NCBI GenBank assembly: GCA_002189035.1
Contig: NEEC01000007.1
Span: 1,736,001 to 1,800,000 of the forward strand
Length of the DNA stretch: 64,000 nucleotides
Direction of reading: 5' to 3'
DNA from: Utricularia gibba
Taxonomy: Eukaryota > Plantae > Magnoliophyta
The translations under genes were made by a program, and so were the position numbers. Below, in pieces: positions 61,588-64,000 of the stretch; within the stretch, counting starts at the first letter, position 1, and each line of letters begins with the position of its first letter. The notes below the pieces were generated by a model that did not search any database, was not told the origin of the DNA, and saw nothing but the letters and a program-made list of their open reading frames with translations.

Positions 61588-62425
61588 TCATGGTTCCAGC
61601 TTCAGTGACACAACTCGAGACTGCCTGCTACGCTTTGCAGCCTGGTTGAAAGCAGCGGAGAGAAAGGATGGTGCCCACCATGGCCGTCGCACCCTTTGAT
61701 CTCCTTTCAAGCAGGCAACTGAGACAAGTAAACCAGCAAGTTTATGAATGTGGAAGCAACTAAATTCATAACTCATTAAAGGGGATGCAGACGAGGGGAG
61801 GGAGAGAAGTGTGGTATATCACCTTTTATTCGTCTCAGTTCTTTGCATAGGATTATGAAATCCCCCCACTTCATGTGACACCTCCTTATGAATCTCAGTA
61901 TCTGCTCAGTTGTGAACATTGACATACCTTCCAAGTACTCTCCATTGACCCCATTTTCTTTGAAAATTTGGCGATAGCCACCGAGATTTATCTCTTCCAG
62001 CCATAGGCCCACATCCTGATCATGATGAACCTTTTTTGACTGACAAATACACATATTGTCCCACAGACGCAAACGATCATAGATAGCTCTGTTGTTGACG
62101 ATAAGGCATACATTTGAAAGCACAAAAAAACTCCCGTGTAGGAGAAGGCTGGACAAAATAAAAACTTTGCTCTACCCACAGCAACAACAACAAATTAGAG
62201 ATCTGCGGCTAGGCAACAACATGAGTTACGCAGATTCTAGGGATTTAAATTAAAAAAATAAAATAAAACCGAAGCATTTACATAACCACAAAAGAAAAGG
62301 AAGTCGGAGCTCAGGTTCCCAGAAATTCAAAAAGAAAAAGAGATTCAGTGATCAAATACCGCAACACTCCAGATGAAGAAATCAATAGGCTCTGGTGTCG
62401 ACTTCTCTTTCTTATCCTTGCTCAT
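61588..62425 (-). CDS. Small SAM (sterile alpha motif) domain protein, 3 exons
   Basis: MSKDKKEKSTPEPIDFFIWSVA, DVGLWLEEINLGGYRQIFKENGVNGEYLE...KELRRIK, VACLKGDQRVRRPWWAPS...SRVVSLKLEP*. Confidence 0.9.
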
Positions 62426-62941
62426 AGCCGCCGAAAGAACGATCCAACGACCAGACGATTTCGTGCAGCGCGTGCCTGAACTGAAAGAACGAGCTATCGG
62501 AGTAAAGAAATGCTGTTGATAGCCTTTCGAAGCCCCTGACTCGCTCAGACAGCCATAAGCCCCCGCCCCCATTTGGATCTAGAAGAAGCAGGACAAGATC
62601 CATTGGGCCTACGGAACCTCAGAAAAAGTAGTCTGGTAGTTTCCTTGTACTCGTCGGATCAAGCGGCCCAAATAATTAACATTTTTTAATTAAATTATTA
62701 TATGATAATACATTATTTATATAAAGATATTAAGCAAAGAGGAAATTATAAAAACGTGAGGCACAAAAAAAAAAAAAAAACCTCTTTCTAGAACAGCGTA
62801 GTGTTATGGTTAATACAGAATCAAATGATTTGCTGTAAAAACGACACCAGAAGCACAAAAAGAGTGACTTTCCAGGCAAGATCAATCACTTGTACAACAA
62901 TGAACCTCACCAAGCAGTGCTGCTCAGAAGAAAATCCAGCA

Positions 62942-64000
62942 CTAATTTTCAATCTGCCACAAATTGCTCTCGTTGCTTTGCTGAACATCTTCAGCAGTTG
63001 GCACTCTGCTGCCCTTGCTGATGATCCCTTTTCCGAAGTACTCTGCAATCACAGAGAAGCCATCCTCGGAATTTTTAAGTTGTTGAAAGAAGTGTTTTTC
63101 ATTTCTGCTGTTCTGCTCTAGTTTTCTCTTCATTTCGGACACGCGTCTGTACTCGGGCTCGCACTCTGGGCATTCCTTTTCGTTGTCACCAAGACAATGT
63201 TGATGGAACGAGTGCATGCACATGAAATGAACTGCGGGAAGGTTCAGTGTGAAGGTACAACGTGTACACTTGCTCAGCTGGAAGATACTGGCATTTGTTC
63301 TTAGATCCTGAGTTTCTTTCCTCATGGAAATAGTCTGTTCCTGCAAATAAAACATCATTCAGTGTCATCCAAAAGGGATTGCGGGAAGAACGATAATGAA
63401 AAGCATGCCACGAGGAAATGCGTTGTAATGAACCTGGTATTTTTCAATGGCTACCCTGGAGTCCTCAATCATCCTCGTTTCCTGTTCTAGCTTTCTGGAA
63501 ATGTAATCCTTAATTACAGACACCGTGAGGCATGGATTTCTGGACAATATTTGAAGAACTATAATTGGAGGCAGAATGTCATCCCTCTCTATGTAACTCA
63601 AAACCTGTTTAACTTCTACCGAGCAATCTTCTCCAAGTTCACTGAAGTACTTCAATAGGTCTACCCAAAGCGAAGGGTCTCCACTAGTACCTGAGTCCCC
63701 GAGTCTCTTGCAGCAAGCAATTAAACCTTCATGGTCATGGGATTGCATGTAGCAGGCAATCACCTCCTTATATAGTTTCAACTTCTCATAAAGAAACAAT
63801 AGACCCTCTTTGAAGTGGTTGCTTTCACATAAAATAAGAGCGAGGTCAACATCATATAGAGGGTGCTCCTGGTCCGACGGCCATGCACTTTCAAGTAAAA
63901 GTAGAAGCTTTCGACACCGCTCTTGGAAACTTTTCTTCTCTGTGTTTAACAGAGCATCAACATAAGATTTTGTTTCTTCTCTATGAAATCTGTTTTCATC
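62942..64000 (-). CDS. VPS11: Vacuolar protein sorting 11 (3' part; truncated by window end)
   Basis: EHPLYDVDLALILCE, DDILPPIIVLQILSRNP, RING CTRCTFTLNLPAVHFMCMHSFHQHCLGDNEKECPEC, DGFSVIAEYFGKG. Confidence 0.93.

Noticed and set aside
1-64000. CRISPR arrays, operons, rRNA, prophage or intact transposon ORFs
   Set aside because: None seen; this is spliceosomal-intron plant nuclear DNA with no regularly spaced repeat arrays and no transposase or RT domains.

Overview
Eukaryotic (eudicot plant) nuclear DNA, not prokaryotic. The window is very gene-dense, with about 26 protein-coding loci and one tRNA in 64 kb and mostly 60-150 nt introns. That architecture suggests a miniaturised genome such as Lentibulariaceae (Utricularia/Genlisea); this is inference only. 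Gene order: PP2C (3' end), 3-hydroxybutyryl-CoA dehydrogenase, two divergent STIG1-like Cys-rich peptides, an acidic-tail protein, dynein light chain, CTL1, an unidentified spliced sequence, a small ORF, a DUF4408/DUF761 gene, CNGC4, two wound-induced DUF3774 genes, tRNA-Ser(AGA), USP (PHOS32-like), BBX28/29-like, PAT1-clade GRAS, HSP21.7, PNSL3, APC5, a Ser-rich small protein, KNL1, GTF3C5, a DYW-PPR, an A1 aspartic protease, an EG45/PNP-like gene, ABC1K7, a SAM-domain gene and VPS11 (3' part). The main observations follow. (i) GTF3C5 appears to carry two minor-spliceosome (U12) introns, one AT-AC and one GT-AG. (ii) A 60-bp filler insertion in the dynein light chain can be removed as a new 63-nt GT-AG intron. 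(iii) A nonsense codon splits the GRAS gene into a 111-aa upstream ORF plus an intact GRAS domain, and its 5'UTR has a zero-length-exon AG|GT site. (iv) PNSL3 has a compensated double frameshift and an apparently lost stop. (v) The dehydrogenase has a decayed duplicate exon in an intron. (vi) Several 1-bp homopolymer frameshifts look like long-read assembly errors. All family assignments are from recalled sequence motifs; no database search was run.
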